DNA of 64,000 bases from NCBI GenBank assembly GCA_040437565.1, contig JBDOQK010000047.1:124001-188000 (forward strand). Direction: 5' to 3'. This document shows positions 47,667 through 59,172 of the stretch, piece by piece. Source of the DNA: Albugo candida (taxonomy: Eukaryota). The stretch's first letter is position 1. Each line of letters begins with the position of its first letter. Both the position numbers and the translations under genes were made by a program. The notes beneath the pieces are model-generated. The model ran no database searches and was not told where the DNA came from. It saw only the letters and a list, made by a program, of their open reading frames with translations.

Positions 47667-48875
47667 TTATTTTTCGGGTCTAGCGTTTTCTTGAGTTGCT
47701 GCGTCAAGCTCTTGTTTATTCTGAAACAAATCATTTTGTTGGATTTCGTCGTTCAGATAGAATTCGTCGGGAGCGTCATGAACGGTGACACTTGCATCGA
47801 AACGTACCCATTGAGGTCTCCGCTTGCGTAGCGTCTGACTCCGATCCGCATCAAATTCATCATCGCCATCGTACATGGTCTCAAACGCTTCACGTCGGCT
47901 CTGAAGATGTCGTTTTTCACCAACAAACAGAGCGTCATCTGTGAGTAAATCGTTGTCCAACAGTAAATTCTTCAACTCCACCATCATCACGTCAGCTTCT
48001 GCTATCATTCGACGTATAGCTGGGGAGAGTTTTGCCGCTTTAAGAGCTAAAGGCTCATAAGAACGAAGTCGCTTCCAAAAACGATTTTTTATCGGCGGAC
48101 ATTTTGCGGTGCCCGGAGTCTCATCGAATGTCTCCAATAAAGGTTCGGTGTCTTGACGTACGAGTGATCCTTCCTGGTCACATTCATCGCCTGTATCGCT
48201 TTCGGTTCTTTCTTCGACATCCGCGCGCGTCGCTTCTATTCCATTCTCTTTTGCCAATTGTACGATACGGTCGTGCCTTTCACTTTGTACTATCGTAAGC
48301 AATTTGCACTTCTCCATCATAATAGAGTGTTGGTCTCGAAAGTCCACTTTCAAAGCTTTTGTACCCACATGGATAAGAGTGATGGTAAATGCAGTGTGCA
48401 TAATATCGAACGTATGTTTTGGAGTAAAGTGTCGTAATGGGAAATCCATAACATCAAACCGCTGAGATGCAATGTTAATCGCTAAGGAAGACGACGCATG
48501 TGCCACTGGCTGCGTACCGGTATCCTGTACCCAAAACGATATCAGGTACAGTAAGGCTCCGTACCACAAAACGGTCATTGTAGTTGGAAAGAGTNNNNNN
48601 NNNNNNNNNNNNNNNNNNNNNNNNNNNNNNNNNNNNNNNNNNNNNNNNNNNNNNNNNNNNNNNNNNNNNNNNNNNNNNNNNNNNNNNNNNNNNNCTCCGT
48701 ACCACAAAACGGTCATTGTAGTTGGAAAGAGTCCATATGAAAGTTGTGCGAAAAGCATCGACCCAAGAAAATACTTTACGATGGACACGTGCAGCCACCT
48801 TTCGGTCATATTCAAAACGAAAAAATAAACGCTCTCAAATTGAAACGCGATGTTCCATTGACTTAGTTTCGGCAT
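47667..48875 (-). CDS. Hypothetical membrane protein (N-terminal TM segments, acidic C-terminal region); start may be 48809
   Basis: Long ORF with hydrophobic N-terminus; short duplicated overlap at the gap. Confidence 0.6.
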   Translation of the reverse strand: MPKLSQWNIAFQFESVYFFVLNMTERWLHVSIVKYFLGSMLFAQLSYGLFPTTMTVLWYGXXXXXXXXXXXXXXXXXXXXXXXXXXXXXXXXXXLFPTTMTVLWYGALLYLISFWVQDTGTQPVAHASSSLAINIASQRFDVMDFPLRHFTPKHTFDIMHTAFTITLIHVGTKALKVDFRDQHSIMMEKCKLLTIVQSERHDRIVQLAKENGIEATRADVEERTESDTGDECDQEGSLVRQDTEPLLETFDETPGTAKCPPIKNRFWKRLRSYEPLALKAAKLSPAIRRMIAEADVMMVELKNLLLDNDLLTDDALFVGEKRHLQSRREAFETMYDGDDEFDADRSQTLRKRRPQWVRFDASVTVHDAPDEFYLNDEIQQNDLFQNKQELDAATQENARPEK

Positions 48876-49085
48876 TCTGATTCTGGACGCAAAAGGCGAT
48901 CGAATTTATCTCACTACACTGTACTTTTTCACAATCACCAACATATGTGATTGCATAGTCGTAGTATAGAGGTATAAAGGGGCCACAAGAGAGTACTTAC
49001 GCTCTATCACAGCTGCCCCACGCAAACCGTTCACGTTAATACTGCTTAATATCAGCAATGTGTTGGGATATATCTGTTAGAAACA

Positions 49086-50336
49086 ATGAACAAAACGGTT
49101 CCACTTCGATTGGGTTACATTCGCACCAGCGTCAAAGACACACGACCACGTGTGATCACTCATACTTGTGAGGACTCCTCTCGAAACAACCGACTCTGCT
49201 CCCTTTGTTTAAAAACTGCTTCTCGTTACACTTGTCCAAAATGCGGTGTGCACTATTGCAGCGTTTCTTGCTACCAACAACATAATAAAACGTGTACAGA
49301 GGTCTTTGCTCGCGATCACATTGTTGAGGAATTACGGGTGCAAGATGACTCACAAAAAACGAGGAAGAGTTTTGAGGCAATTTTAAAGCGAACAAAAGAT
49401 TTTCAAAATAAGCAAAATCGATGGAGTGCGATCGATGAGGAGCTATTGGACAATTTTGAGAATTTACAACTTAAATTACACGAAAATGGTCAAGTAAAGT
49501 ATGAGGATCTCACTGAGGCTCAAAAGGAGGAATTTCTACATGCGGTGCGGAAAGGAGAGATCAGTAAGTGGATTCCCTGCTGGGAGCCTTGGTGGATGAT
49601 GTCCTCAGCGAGTTATCTCCAGAAAACGCAAATGAAGCGAAATCCACAAATCCAAGAGATTGGATGCAAGTCCTCTCAGGTCAATGAGAGTGAGGATAAC
49701 AGTCTCAACGAATTGGTAATGGAGTCACAACGCTTTCCAACTGTTTTATTTACTAGACACGATTCCGAAGAAATGCCCGACCTCATGACTCCCCTCATTC
49801 GCGGTCACAAGGAGCCCTCAAAGTTTCTGAGGTATCATCTCGTCGATATGATATACGCATACTGTCTGATTATGCGGCGATACAACGGCGAATGGCATCC
49901 CACACCTCTGGATGCGGCTGAGGATGTTTATGCCATCTGCACCAGCTTCTCTGATCCGAAGGCGCGCTATTCGAATATGGAGCAGACTCTGAGTACGATA
50001 TACTCCAAAGCGATCGTTATACTCCGAGACACACTCGATACAAGAAGTAGTCAAAGTCTCATTGCGGATGTATGTTCGGTTTTGAGCTGTAAAGTGTTCA
50101 TTTTGGACGCACTTTGTGATCTCAAAACGCTTTTTCACACTGCAAAAAGCGATAATTTCTTCGTTTTATCGAGCGGTACGACTCTGGCCAAACGCTCGAG
50201 CAAAGTGCAGGCAAAACTCATAGCAGCTGCACACAAAGCGAGATTTTTTCTATGTTGGGCATTCCATACAGAGGAACACGAGTTTGAAAACCTCTGCTTC
50301 GAGCTGAAATCGCAGATGGAAGAATTTGATGATTAA
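49086..50336 (+). CDS. ZNHIT2: Zinc finger HIT domain protein, ZNHIT2-like
   Basis: CSLC..YTCPKCGVHYCSVSCYQQH..CTEVF; LTEAQKEEF..WEPWW; YAYC..R.YNGEW. Confidence 0.8.
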   Translation: MNKTVPLRLGYIRTSVKDTRPRVITHTCEDSSRNNRLCSLCLKTASRYTCPKCGVHYCSVSCYQQHNKTCTEVFARDHIVEELRVQDDSQKTRKSFEAILKRTKDFQNKQNRWSAIDEELLDNFENLQLKLHENGQVKYEDLTEAQKEEFLHAVRKGEISKWIPCWEPWWMMSSASYLQKTQMKRNPQIQEIGCKSSQVNESEDNSLNELVMESQRFPTVLFTRHDSEEMPDLMTPLIRGHKEPSKFLRYHLVDMIYAYCLIMRRYNGEWHPTPLDAAEDVYAICTSFSDPKARYSNMEQTLSTIYSKAIVILRDTLDTRSSQSLIADVCSVLSCKVFILDALCDLKTLFHTAKSDNFFVLSSGTTLAKRSSKVQAKLIAAAHKARFFLCWAFHTEEHEFENLCFELKSQMEEFDD

Positions 50337-50424
50337 TGAACCGATAAAACGATTGTATACTTGTATACTTGTTTATTTCTTTGCGCCATTACATTTACAG
50401 TAAGAGAAATGTCGATGACATCAG

Positions 50425-52221
50425 TTATCGAACAAAGTCGTCGTTGGAGCTGCTTTTGGAAATGGAATCGAGCGCTACAATCCATTTATTGAATTCTCTA
50501 CCCGACGGAGCTGTAAAAATAAGCTTTTTTCCCGCCTGTGCGAATTCTGGCGTCGATATCGTGAAAATGAATCCCTTTGGATCAACAATATCCATACAAG
50601 CATCCTTCAAACTAACTGTACTGCTTTTTGCATCCGGAGAATGAATGTGTTGCTCCTTTTTGTACCCTGTCAGTTGTTTTTTTCGAAGGATAAAGTATCG
50701 TCTCTTAGAGCTGAAAAGTCTTCGACTTGTGGACACTTTGAGGTAGCCCTGAGTGCACACAAATGGAAGAATAGCACGGACCCACACCATCACGCCGACA
50801 AAGTTATCCACAAGAGTGTATTCGTGCTTGACCGTCGATATATGCAACTCACACGATCCACTACGAGAACTGACAGTCACAATGTGAGAGCACATAATCT
50901 CATCATCCAGCAAATCGGTCTCTTTATCCACAAGTAACAATCGCTGATGGTCTGTCAATAGCAAATGATACCGTTTCTTCTTCTTTGAATGCACGGGGCC
51001 TGCCAGTAATATACTTTCACGAGTTTTCAATAAATGATCCCATAAACGCATCGTTGGAGATCGAACGATTGCGATTACAGCATTACGATTTCTTCTTCGA
51101 ATCGCACAAAGAAGGTCGGGACGTGTGGACATGACCATTTCTTTAAGTATATTTACTTCATTTGGCGTCACAATATCATCAAACGCTAATGTCTCACAGT
51201 ACTGCAGCATGTCTTCTACCAGCATCGTTTCACCACGAATTGAGCTCATCGCACTGCATCTCGACTCCCGACGACTGAAAAGACTAAGGCGAGATCCTCG
51301 ATGCGGGGATGGAGCTACTGTCGATGCAAATGAGAAGCGAGGTAAGAGTGTATCGCTGGTTCCAGACGGTGTTGATAATCCCTCACAGGCTATATTCAAT
51401 TTCTCTTGTGTGAGCGTCGCAACTCGGGACCGTCGAAAGACCACCACCATGGGACGTTTTGGACGACTAAGGAGACAAACAGCTCGGCTGTATTCCTCAC
51501 TTCCTTTAATAATCTCTCCATCAATTGCGTGTATCACGTCACTGGTTCGAACACCGTGAGCTTCAGCATACCCAATAATGTTCGGATAAGCCATTGGCAA
51601 CTCGGTCACCAAAACATGCTCTTCGTCGGCATTTACGACCAAATTCATATTAGTGCTTTTAAATTCCACAGCAAAAAGACCTTTTCGACAAAATGGTCGA
51701 AAGAATTGTATAGAAAGTGGTCGCTTTTGCGTCTGAAGCATTTGAAGCACATAATTGCATGGTCGTCCAATGGCTCGCTGACCAGAGACTTTGTAAATGA
51801 TATCATTGGATTGAATCTTCCCGCAAGCTTGTGCTTCACCCAGAGATCCGTCTTGATTCCGTTTAAACTGATGAACGCGAACAGTATCGTTTCTCTCATG
51901 AACAGTGATTCCAATGACTTTTTGATGAAAAATTACTTCAAAAACTTCATCGCGTTTCATTGGTGCAAGTAGCTCCGATTTCGATGAAAGACATAAACAA
52001 AGCGAGCTTTTCACATTGAGTAAGTTATCTTTATTAATACTGATCAGACTGGAGTTATTCAAATCAATCAAGTCCACCCAAGCTTCGTCGGACACTGCAA
52101 ATAGCTGACGTAATTGCGACTCGATCAGCGGCTCGAATTCCTCATCCAAGGTCGAGAGATCCCAACATACGTTCCGACTTTTACCATTGTCTAAATCTAT
52201 TACACAGACTTCACAGCTCAT
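50425..52221 (-). CDS. Scaffold protein with two PDZ-like domains and C-terminal PH domains
   Basis: IGITV..GKIQSNDIIYKVSG..RPLSIQF; second PDZ ending RPMVVVFRR; QGYLKV..KRRYFIL..FTAPSGREFNKWIVAL. Confidence 0.8.
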   Translation of the reverse strand: MSCEVCVIDLDNGKSRNVCWDLSTLDEEFEPLIESQLRQLFAVSDEAWVDLIDLNNSSLISINKDNLLNVKSSLCLCLSSKSELLAPMKRDEVFEVIFHQKVIGITVHERNDTVRVHQFKRNQDGSLGEAQACGKIQSNDIIYKVSGQRAIGRPCNYVLQMLQTQKRPLSIQFFRPFCRKGLFAVEFKSTNMNLVVNADEEHVLVTELPMAYPNIIGYAEAHGVRTSDVIHAIDGEIIKGSEEYSRAVCLLSRPKRPMVVVFRRSRVATLTQEKLNIACEGLSTPSGTSDTLLPRFSFASTVAPSPHRGSRLSLFSRRESRCSAMSSIRGETMLVEDMLQYCETLAFDDIVTPNEVNILKEMVMSTRPDLLCAIRRRNRNAVIAIVRSPTMRLWDHLLKTRESILLAGPVHSKKKKRYHLLLTDHQRLLLVDKETDLLDDEIMCSHIVTVSSRSGSCELHISTVKHEYTLVDNFVGVMVWVRAILPFVCTQGYLKVSTSRRLFSSKRRYFILRKKQLTGYKKEQHIHSPDAKSSTVSLKDACMDIVDPKGFIFTISTPEFAQAGKKLIFTAPSGREFNKWIVALDSISKSSSNDDFVR

Positions 52222-52403
52222 TAGCAGTACACTTTAGTAGTGAAGAATCGTGACACTATAAAAACATTCGAAAATAAACAAATTGAGCAGAGCACATAGA
52301 CGGACCACGCAACATTATTCTCCTTAGTTACCATTACTAAAACCGGTATATTTCTTCATGTCGCGACGGATCGTTTGTAATGTTTCTGCGCAGAGGAAAT
52401 GGT

Positions 52404-54075
52404 TTATGTTGAAGCCGCAAGAAGTGCGCTGTGCTGCCCTCCAGCTTCTGCTTGTAGGATAGTGCATCCGTTGCAGCCAAATTTTGAGGAATCGAGCTTT
52501 GTGGGCTTGAGTTCGTCCTGGTCGCGTCCATTACCGAGAGCCATCATGTCGCCGTATCCCCACGAATACACCTCGTTGTCCTTTGATAATGCGATCACGT
52601 GATTGGAACCGCACGATATCGATGTGATAAACGGTTTTTTCGTTTCTGGACCCATCAAAACCTTTTGGGGTCTACAATTTTGAGCGCTTTAGCCAAGAGG
52701 AGAGGATGTAAATCCGAGTCTACCTGTCCTTGTAATTGCCACTCGTGCACTCGTCTAGCATCCCCAGCTGCCCAGAATCACCTCTCCCAAATGTGTAGAC
52801 CTCTCCACTCACTGTCAGCACTGCGGAATGATGTGTGCCTCCTTCCACCTGCACCACATTACAAGCTACCAAATCTTTCACCAGCTGAAGATCCGATGAA
52901 TTGGTGGTACTTCCGATTCCCAGTTGACCGTAATTATTCAGTCCACAGGCGTATAGATATCCGTTCCCACCGATCACAAAAAGGGAATGGTACGCACCAC
53001 AGCCCATCGCCTTGACATCTGAAAGAGATTCTGTGCCCAATGTGACGCGTGCCGGTGTCAAATGTTGATCAAACACTAGCTTGGTGTCGTACTCGTCTTG
53101 ATCATTCTTCATATTGAGATCGGCTTTGCGACCTAATTGGCCCTGCTCACCGAGTCCCCAGGAAAAGACCGAGCCATCACTTGTCCTAGCGAGATTAAAA
53201 CAGCTTCCACAACGCACATCGCTGATATTTTCGAGTCCATGTATCAATAGTGGCTCTATCTGCTTGTTTTTAAACGCTTTTACTGCATTGGGTGCATCAC
53301 ACCATATTTTACCTTCTTTATCTTTATAGCAGCCCCACGTCAATACTTTGCCAGCAGATGTAAGAGCCAATGTGTGGCAGTCTCCAGCCACGACCTGAAT
53401 CGCCTGGTACTCTTCCGATGGACCGAAACCTCTCACCTTTGCTGGGAAGTTTTCTTCACCATCTCGGCCTAAGGCACCATCGTCATTACAGCCCCAAGTG
53501 TACACAGATCCATCGATAGATATCGCGGCTGAATGTAAGCCTCCACAAGAAATGAATGAGATGGGGATCTTGGCCAAGCGCTGAACCACACGGGGGTACT
53601 TGACAATCATATCTTCATCTTCCTCGACGCCATGCGCTAATTGCCCGCAATCTCCGCTTCCAAAGGTCATTATCTGGAAATTACAAAAGTAAGCATAACG
53701 TCTTTCGATAAATATCAAATACACAACCTTTCCATGTTGACTGGCAAATTTGAGTTTGATTTCACGTAAGAAATATAGATATTCTCTCATGTTATCTTCC
53801 CAACATGCAGTAGGATTCTTGTGCAGTTGATCATGCAAAGTGTGGCAGAATGAGTCGTTAAGCGCCAGCACATTTCGACTATAAAGCTGGCTTCTGCTCA
53901 TAGTTGGGCTATGAGCGCTCTTTTTCGCGCCGATAGAGAGTGCATATCGATCGTTTTTACCGGGATATTGACCATTCTCACCTTGGGGATGAGAAAGCTC
54001 CAAGTCCGTACGCATTTCGGCCGCGCTATACTCCTCTCTCGAGATGCCGCCATCCAATCGAGATCGTTTTTTCAT
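52404..54075 (-). CDS. RCC1: RanGEF RCC1 with a Nup2/Nup50-like N-terminal extension; introns 53674-53727 and about 52672-52723
   Basis: TFGSGDCGQL, CGGLHS..VYTWGCNDDGALGR, GLNNYGQLG and terminal AGGQHSALL match bona fide RCC1/Prp20/Pim1. Confidence 0.88.
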
Positions 54076-54349
54076 CGCTATTTACCAGTTAACCGATATT
54101 TGGTAAGTAACCTATTATGGGTTATTCGTTTCTCTGAAGAATCAATCTTATTGTCATCCGCATGCACTTATTTGTATATCAAAAGTCACATATGGATATT
54201 CGACTTGCAAGCACTACAACTTGGTATCTCTATTGATTGTGGAATTTTTGCTGCAACAAAAACTGCTCATTCTACCGGTATTTCCGGTATTATCAATTTC
54301 TCTGCCACACAACGTCACATCGACGCTTGAAGTTGGAGAGTTCTTAGCA

Positions 54350-57103
54350 ATGTCCGCTTACATGACATCTCCGCCTTCTTCACCGCAACAAACTGCGACA
54401 AAGTCGCAAAGTAACAAACTTCTCAATTCCTTTGTTTCCAAATCGTCTCGACGTCGATCGAGCGCGATGAAAGACACGTTCGATCTCGTCCACTCTAAAG
54501 TCGACAAAGTATTCCAGCAATCGTATCACAGGAAAAGCGAGCCCAATGAGTACGTCACACAAAAAAATGGAATCTCAATATTCCTAAAAGATAATCATCA
54601 TGATTCCAGCGATATATATCGAGAAATACTCCGTCTAAATGAACGTGTCAGGGAGCTGGAATCAGAAAACTCCGAATTGAGAAATCGCTGTTCGGCGGCA
54701 GAGAACAGCAACGATCAAAAGTCTACATCCCACAAGACGTATCGACGTCATAGCGTTGCATCATCTTTTAGCCTTTCGGACACACCACCTGATTCATCCA
54801 TTCATACGCAGATTGAATCATCTCACTCAGATGGATCTGCGAAGCTGAAACTACCCACTTTGGCTCCCATCAGCAAAACAAAGACTCATAATGGAATTAT
54901 CAAGTCCAAAAGTTTTGCTGATGGATTTGGGTACACAGGATTGACAGTTCAAGCGGCTGCAGCTGCATCACATCGATCTCGATCACGCAGAACCACCAGA
55001 GAGTCTTTGAACAAATATCGTGCAGGATACTGGAATAAGGCAGCAAACATTAAAAGCAGTTTTAGCTGTAACAACTTGACCGAACTAGCATCATGTAATT
55101 CGTCAACCGTTGCAAAGATATCCGATACCCACGCTACTGCCCGAATTGGTTTTCAAAAGATGCAATCGTTTCGTGAAAATGACGAAGAATTCACTTGCAC
55201 TCATCAGGAAGTGCCAATACGAGAGGAGAAGACAGAAAGTGGTTTATTTTCTGTGGGCGGAAAACACGGGTATCTGGAAGACACGAATAGGATTAGTGAG
55301 CTCGTGGAACAGAGGAGACCGTCTTCACCTTCGATCGAAGCTACAGCATCAGATCAGCGTCTTGGAGGATCCTTACAGCTTGACCCGCGCCTTGTTGATA
55401 CATGCAAAGGCAATATACGAGTGTGGACTGGCACTTGGAATATGGGAGCTGCTGATCCATTCATGGAAAATGGAGTTCTGATGGATGACCGACGGTCTTC
55501 AAAGTATCTAAAAGCCTTCATTCCTCTTGGATATCACTTGTATGTTGTCGGAGTACAGGAAAGTATATCAGAAAATGTATACCACGCCATCGAAGCTCAC
55601 TTGAACAAAAACCAATCGAAAAAACAGTATTTTCGCCTGGAGCTGAAAAACTGTGATTTTATGATAAAAAATCACAATTACACCGGAGAAGCTGTAATCG
55701 ATGCAGTGAGAGGTCGTGGAGATGGGGCATTTGTTGGGACCAAGTTTACTGGAATTGCTGTTTTTTACGCAGTCGAGATACAGGAAAATCTTCGACTTAT
55801 TCGATCTGGGGCTCACAAATTCAACCTGACGAGTGGGTCAAAAGGGGGCGTTGCTGTTGCTTTAATGTTGAATGAGACGACAACGATCGCATTCGTCAAT
55901 TGTCATCTGGATGCCCGGAACGACACGTATCGCCGAGACCAGATTAAGACCCTCAACGCATACTTGGGACGTGTGATGGGCCACCATAACTTTGATCTTA
56001 CCTTCCAATTCCATCATGTTGTTTGGATGGGAGATTTGAATTATCGGATCGTCTCGATTGATTCAAAGCGTGTCCTTCAGCTATTGGGTGATGGCCGCGT
56101 GGAGGAATTGCACAAAAAATATGACGGTCTCCTAAATGATCGACGACGCAATGGTGGCGTCTTTGAAGGCTATACAGAACCAGCAATGTTTCCCGATTTC
56201 TATCCAACATACAAAAAATTCCCCAAACGTGGATTTGTGGATGATTCGCTTCCGTCCTGGCCCACTCTTGTCTACCGGACGATATACAAAGAGCCATTCT
56301 ACAAAGGAGGCAAAATCAAGACTCGTATACCTGGCTGGTGTGACCGTATTTTATCTCATTCTTTGTTGGTGAGTGAGTCAAAGCTGATGCCCGAAAAAGT
56401 CTTGATCGAAAAGGGAAGTGTTCCAGTTGATAATTACCGCTCTGTAAATGACGGAGAAGGTATGGATGTCAGTGACCATAGCCCTGTATACGCTACGTTT
56501 ATTCTCAGCTTTCCACGCGAGAAGTCACAAGATGAGGGATCCATTACGAACTCTATCGACGCGTACGCCACGTCACGAGGACAAAATTTGTGTGCTCCCT
56601 TGCAGAAAGATGATATACGACGAGCTACTATTGGAGAATCGTACTTTGACCAGGCTCATGTCGTGCGCAGAATCAACCGAGTCTTACACTTTCGACCTGT
56701 TTCCACCGTATTGCATGTGCACAATGTCCGATTGATGGTACAAGATATTGTTGTGGTTCCGAAACGAACGCGCCTGGTAGCGCCATTGGTCGGCGAAGAT
56801 CCACAAACTGTAAAGCAGTGTGATATTCTCGGTGAGCGAAGACATCAGCACAATGGATGGGACCTCTCCTTGAACGCTGTTCTGCAGCATCGACGGCCAT
56901 TGAGGCAGCTTCATATGCTTATGTGGGTCAAGCACGACAATATCGTTGGGCACTGCACTTTATCACTCAAACGTATCGCCCGTCAAGAGCACGGCGAAGT
57001 CAAATTCAGAGTTCCACTCCACCACAATTCCACGCGATTGTACCATGACGGACATCCAGTTTTAGTTTTATTCTCTCTCCGCTCCAAAACGTTCGCAAAG
57101 TGA
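54350..57103 (+). CDS. Inositol polyphosphate 5-phosphatase with an N-terminal coiled coil and a C-terminal C2-like region
   Basis: GTWNMG, VGVQE, SKGGVA, FVNCHL, WMGDLNYRI, PTYK, PGWCDRIL, SDHSPV. Confidence 0.93.
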   Translation: MSAYMTSPPSSPQQTATKSQSNKLLNSFVSKSSRRRSSAMKDTFDLVHSKVDKVFQQSYHRKSEPNEYVTQKNGISIFLKDNHHDSSDIYREILRLNERVRELESENSELRNRCSAAENSNDQKSTSHKTYRRHSVASSFSLSDTPPDSSIHTQIESSHSDGSAKLKLPTLAPISKTKTHNGIIKSKSFADGFGYTGLTVQAAAAASHRSRSRRTTRESLNKYRAGYWNKAANIKSSFSCNNLTELASCNSSTVAKISDTHATARIGFQKMQSFRENDEEFTCTHQEVPIREEKTESGLFSVGGKHGYLEDTNRISELVEQRRPSSPSIEATASDQRLGGSLQLDPRLVDTCKGNIRVWTGTWNMGAADPFMENGVLMDDRRSSKYLKAFIPLGYHLYVVGVQESISENVYHAIEAHLNKNQSKKQYFRLELKNCDFMIKNHNYTGEAVIDAVRGRGDGAFVGTKFTGIAVFYAVEIQENLRLIRSGAHKFNLTSGSKGGVAVALMLNETTTIAFVNCHLDARNDTYRRDQIKTLNAYLGRVMGHHNFDLTFQFHHVVWMGDLNYRIVSIDSKRVLQLLGDGRVEELHKKYDGLLNDRRRNGGVFEGYTEPAMFPDFYPTYKKFPKRGFVDDSLPSWPTLVYRTIYKEPFYKGGKIKTRIPGWCDRILSHSLLVSESKLMPEKVLIEKGSVPVDNYRSVNDGEGMDVSDHSPVYATFILSFPREKSQDEGSITNSIDAYATSRGQNLCAPLQKDDIRRATIGESYFDQAHVVRRINRVLHFRPVSTVLHVHNVRLMVQDIVVVPKRTRLVAPLVGEDPQTVKQCDILGERRHQHNGWDLSLNAVLQHRRPLRQLHMLMWVKHDNIVGHCTLSLKRIARQEHGEVKFRVPLHHNSTRLYHDGHPVLVLFSLRSKTFAK

Positions 57104-57273
57104 TTTTGCGAACGGGTGCGTTGATAGACGCAATCATAGAAACATCTTTGAGATCGGCTTTTGTAATGGCGCCCGCTTAAACTTTCCCCCGCGCAAACGT
57201 AGGAGACGACTTGAGACAGACCGAACGATCGTTTGTAGGAGGCTATCATCTTCGTGAGGAGCCCGCTGTCTGA

Positions 57274-59172
57274 ATGGTATTGACGCAAATCAGACGGACG
57301 TGCGCGCTGCTTCCGACAAAACGACAGACTGCAGCTTCCAAGTTGCATTTTCCCGCTTTGTATGTGTTGCAACGGAAGTTTTGGCTCGATACATCATTCT
57401 TGCGGAAGAATGATGGTAAGGATATAACATGATTAAAGCTAATTTAATTGTAGTTGCATTAGCGAGCGCGGAACTCGAAAGTATACAGAAAACTCAAATA
57501 TGCATTGAATTCCAAGCAAAGCAAACGCATCAGAGTATGTTTTGACATGACAGTAGGCTATTTTCAATCACCATAATTCGCTGATACGAAATGGTTAGAA
57601 TGCCTTGAACAGTATCGCGAGTGGTTTAATGATCATCGTGCGAACATCATTCCCGAAGGGCAAGTGATGTCATTGGTACCGAGCTCTTCAGCCTCGAATA
57701 TCTTATAATTTCTCTGAAATTGAAGTTGCAGAAACAATTTCGAACTGCTTCAAAGCGCATCTGTGAGCATATATGTCAACAAGAGACTCAATTCTGGGAT
57801 GAGATGCCGAAAATTGGGTCTTCGGATGTTAATGAAAGCGATGAAGATNNNNNNNNNNNNNNNNNNNNNNNNNNNNNNNNNNNNNNNNNNNNNNNNNNNN
57901 NNNNNNNNNNNNNNNNNNNNNNNNNNNNNNNNNNNNNNNNNNNNNNNNTATACAGAAAACTCAAATATGCATTGAATTCCAAGCAAAGCAAACGCATCAG
58001 AGTATGTTTTGACATGACAGTAGGCTATTTTCAATCACCATAATTCGCTGATACGAAATGGTTAGAATGCCTTGAACAGTATCGCGAGTGGTTTAATGAT
58101 CATCGTGCGAACATCATTCCCGAAGGGCAAGTGATGTCATTGGTACCGAGCTCTTCAGCCTCGAATATCTTATAATTTCTCTGAAATTGAAGTTGCAGAA
58201 ACAATTTCGAACTGCTTCAAAGCGCATCTGTGAGCATATATGTCAACAAGAGACTCAATTCTGGGATGAGATGCCGAAAATTGGGTCTTCGGATGTTAAT
58301 GAAAGCGATGAAGATAGAGATTTGAAGCCGAACCTATACGCTGACGCAATTCATTTGACCATTCTTCGTCATCGCTTGACTCAATTGCTAGAACGCTCCG
58401 AAGGCGTAGAGAGCCTCCAAGGTGTCATTGTTATGTGGGGTTTTGCTGGCGTTACCTGACATCATACTCTCGTGTGTGCAGAAGCGTTTACTGTCAGCGA
58501 TTTTTGTAACATGGTGGAGTCGTTGATCGAGGGAAAGCATGAAACCTGGCTGAAATGTACTGCTTTATCGCTCGTTGCATTCAGGAGAAAGCTGATTTGT
58601 GCAATAGATCAATGTATACTTCGCGATAATGATTGCGACCAAAAGCTCACGAAAGACGAATGTACTCAATTGGTCGACGATATCGTTTCACGACACAAAG
58701 CAATTCTCAAAGATATCATCTCTTTGCATGTGCGACTTTCTATTTGTGCGACCTGGACAATTTTGAATTGCAATCTTAGGTTCAATTACCGAAAGCTGCT
58801 GAGCGAAGCCTCTGTAAAAGCATGATTGAAGAAACGTGGCGATCGAAACTTGGGGAAAAAGGTCGCTCTATTTGGCACTTTGCACAGCCTATAATCGAAA
58901 AGCAGGACAGTGTGAAAGCATTAGACTTTGGGACGTTGCTGGACTCACAGGTGGGCAAATGATGAAATACACAGAGCAGCTTACGTGGGTTTATATATTA
59001 GCGTAAAGAATTCCCTGAACTCACCGATCTCACCAACGTGTTCGCTAAGGGCTTTCATAAAGATCGAGTACTCTATCATGAGGAGCGGAGTGATCGATGG
59101 ATGACTCGCCGTAATGGGCTTATGATCATCATTGGACTTGGAATATTAGATTATGCCTCGGTTTTAGTGTGA
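57274..59172 (+). CDS. Multi-exon hypothetical protein: presequence-like N-terminus, EF-hand-like loop, C-terminal TM; exons duplicated at the gap
   Basis: Manually spliced: MVLTQIRRTCALL..., DNDCDQKLTKDE, GLMIIIGLGILDYASVLV then stop. Confidence 0.6.
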
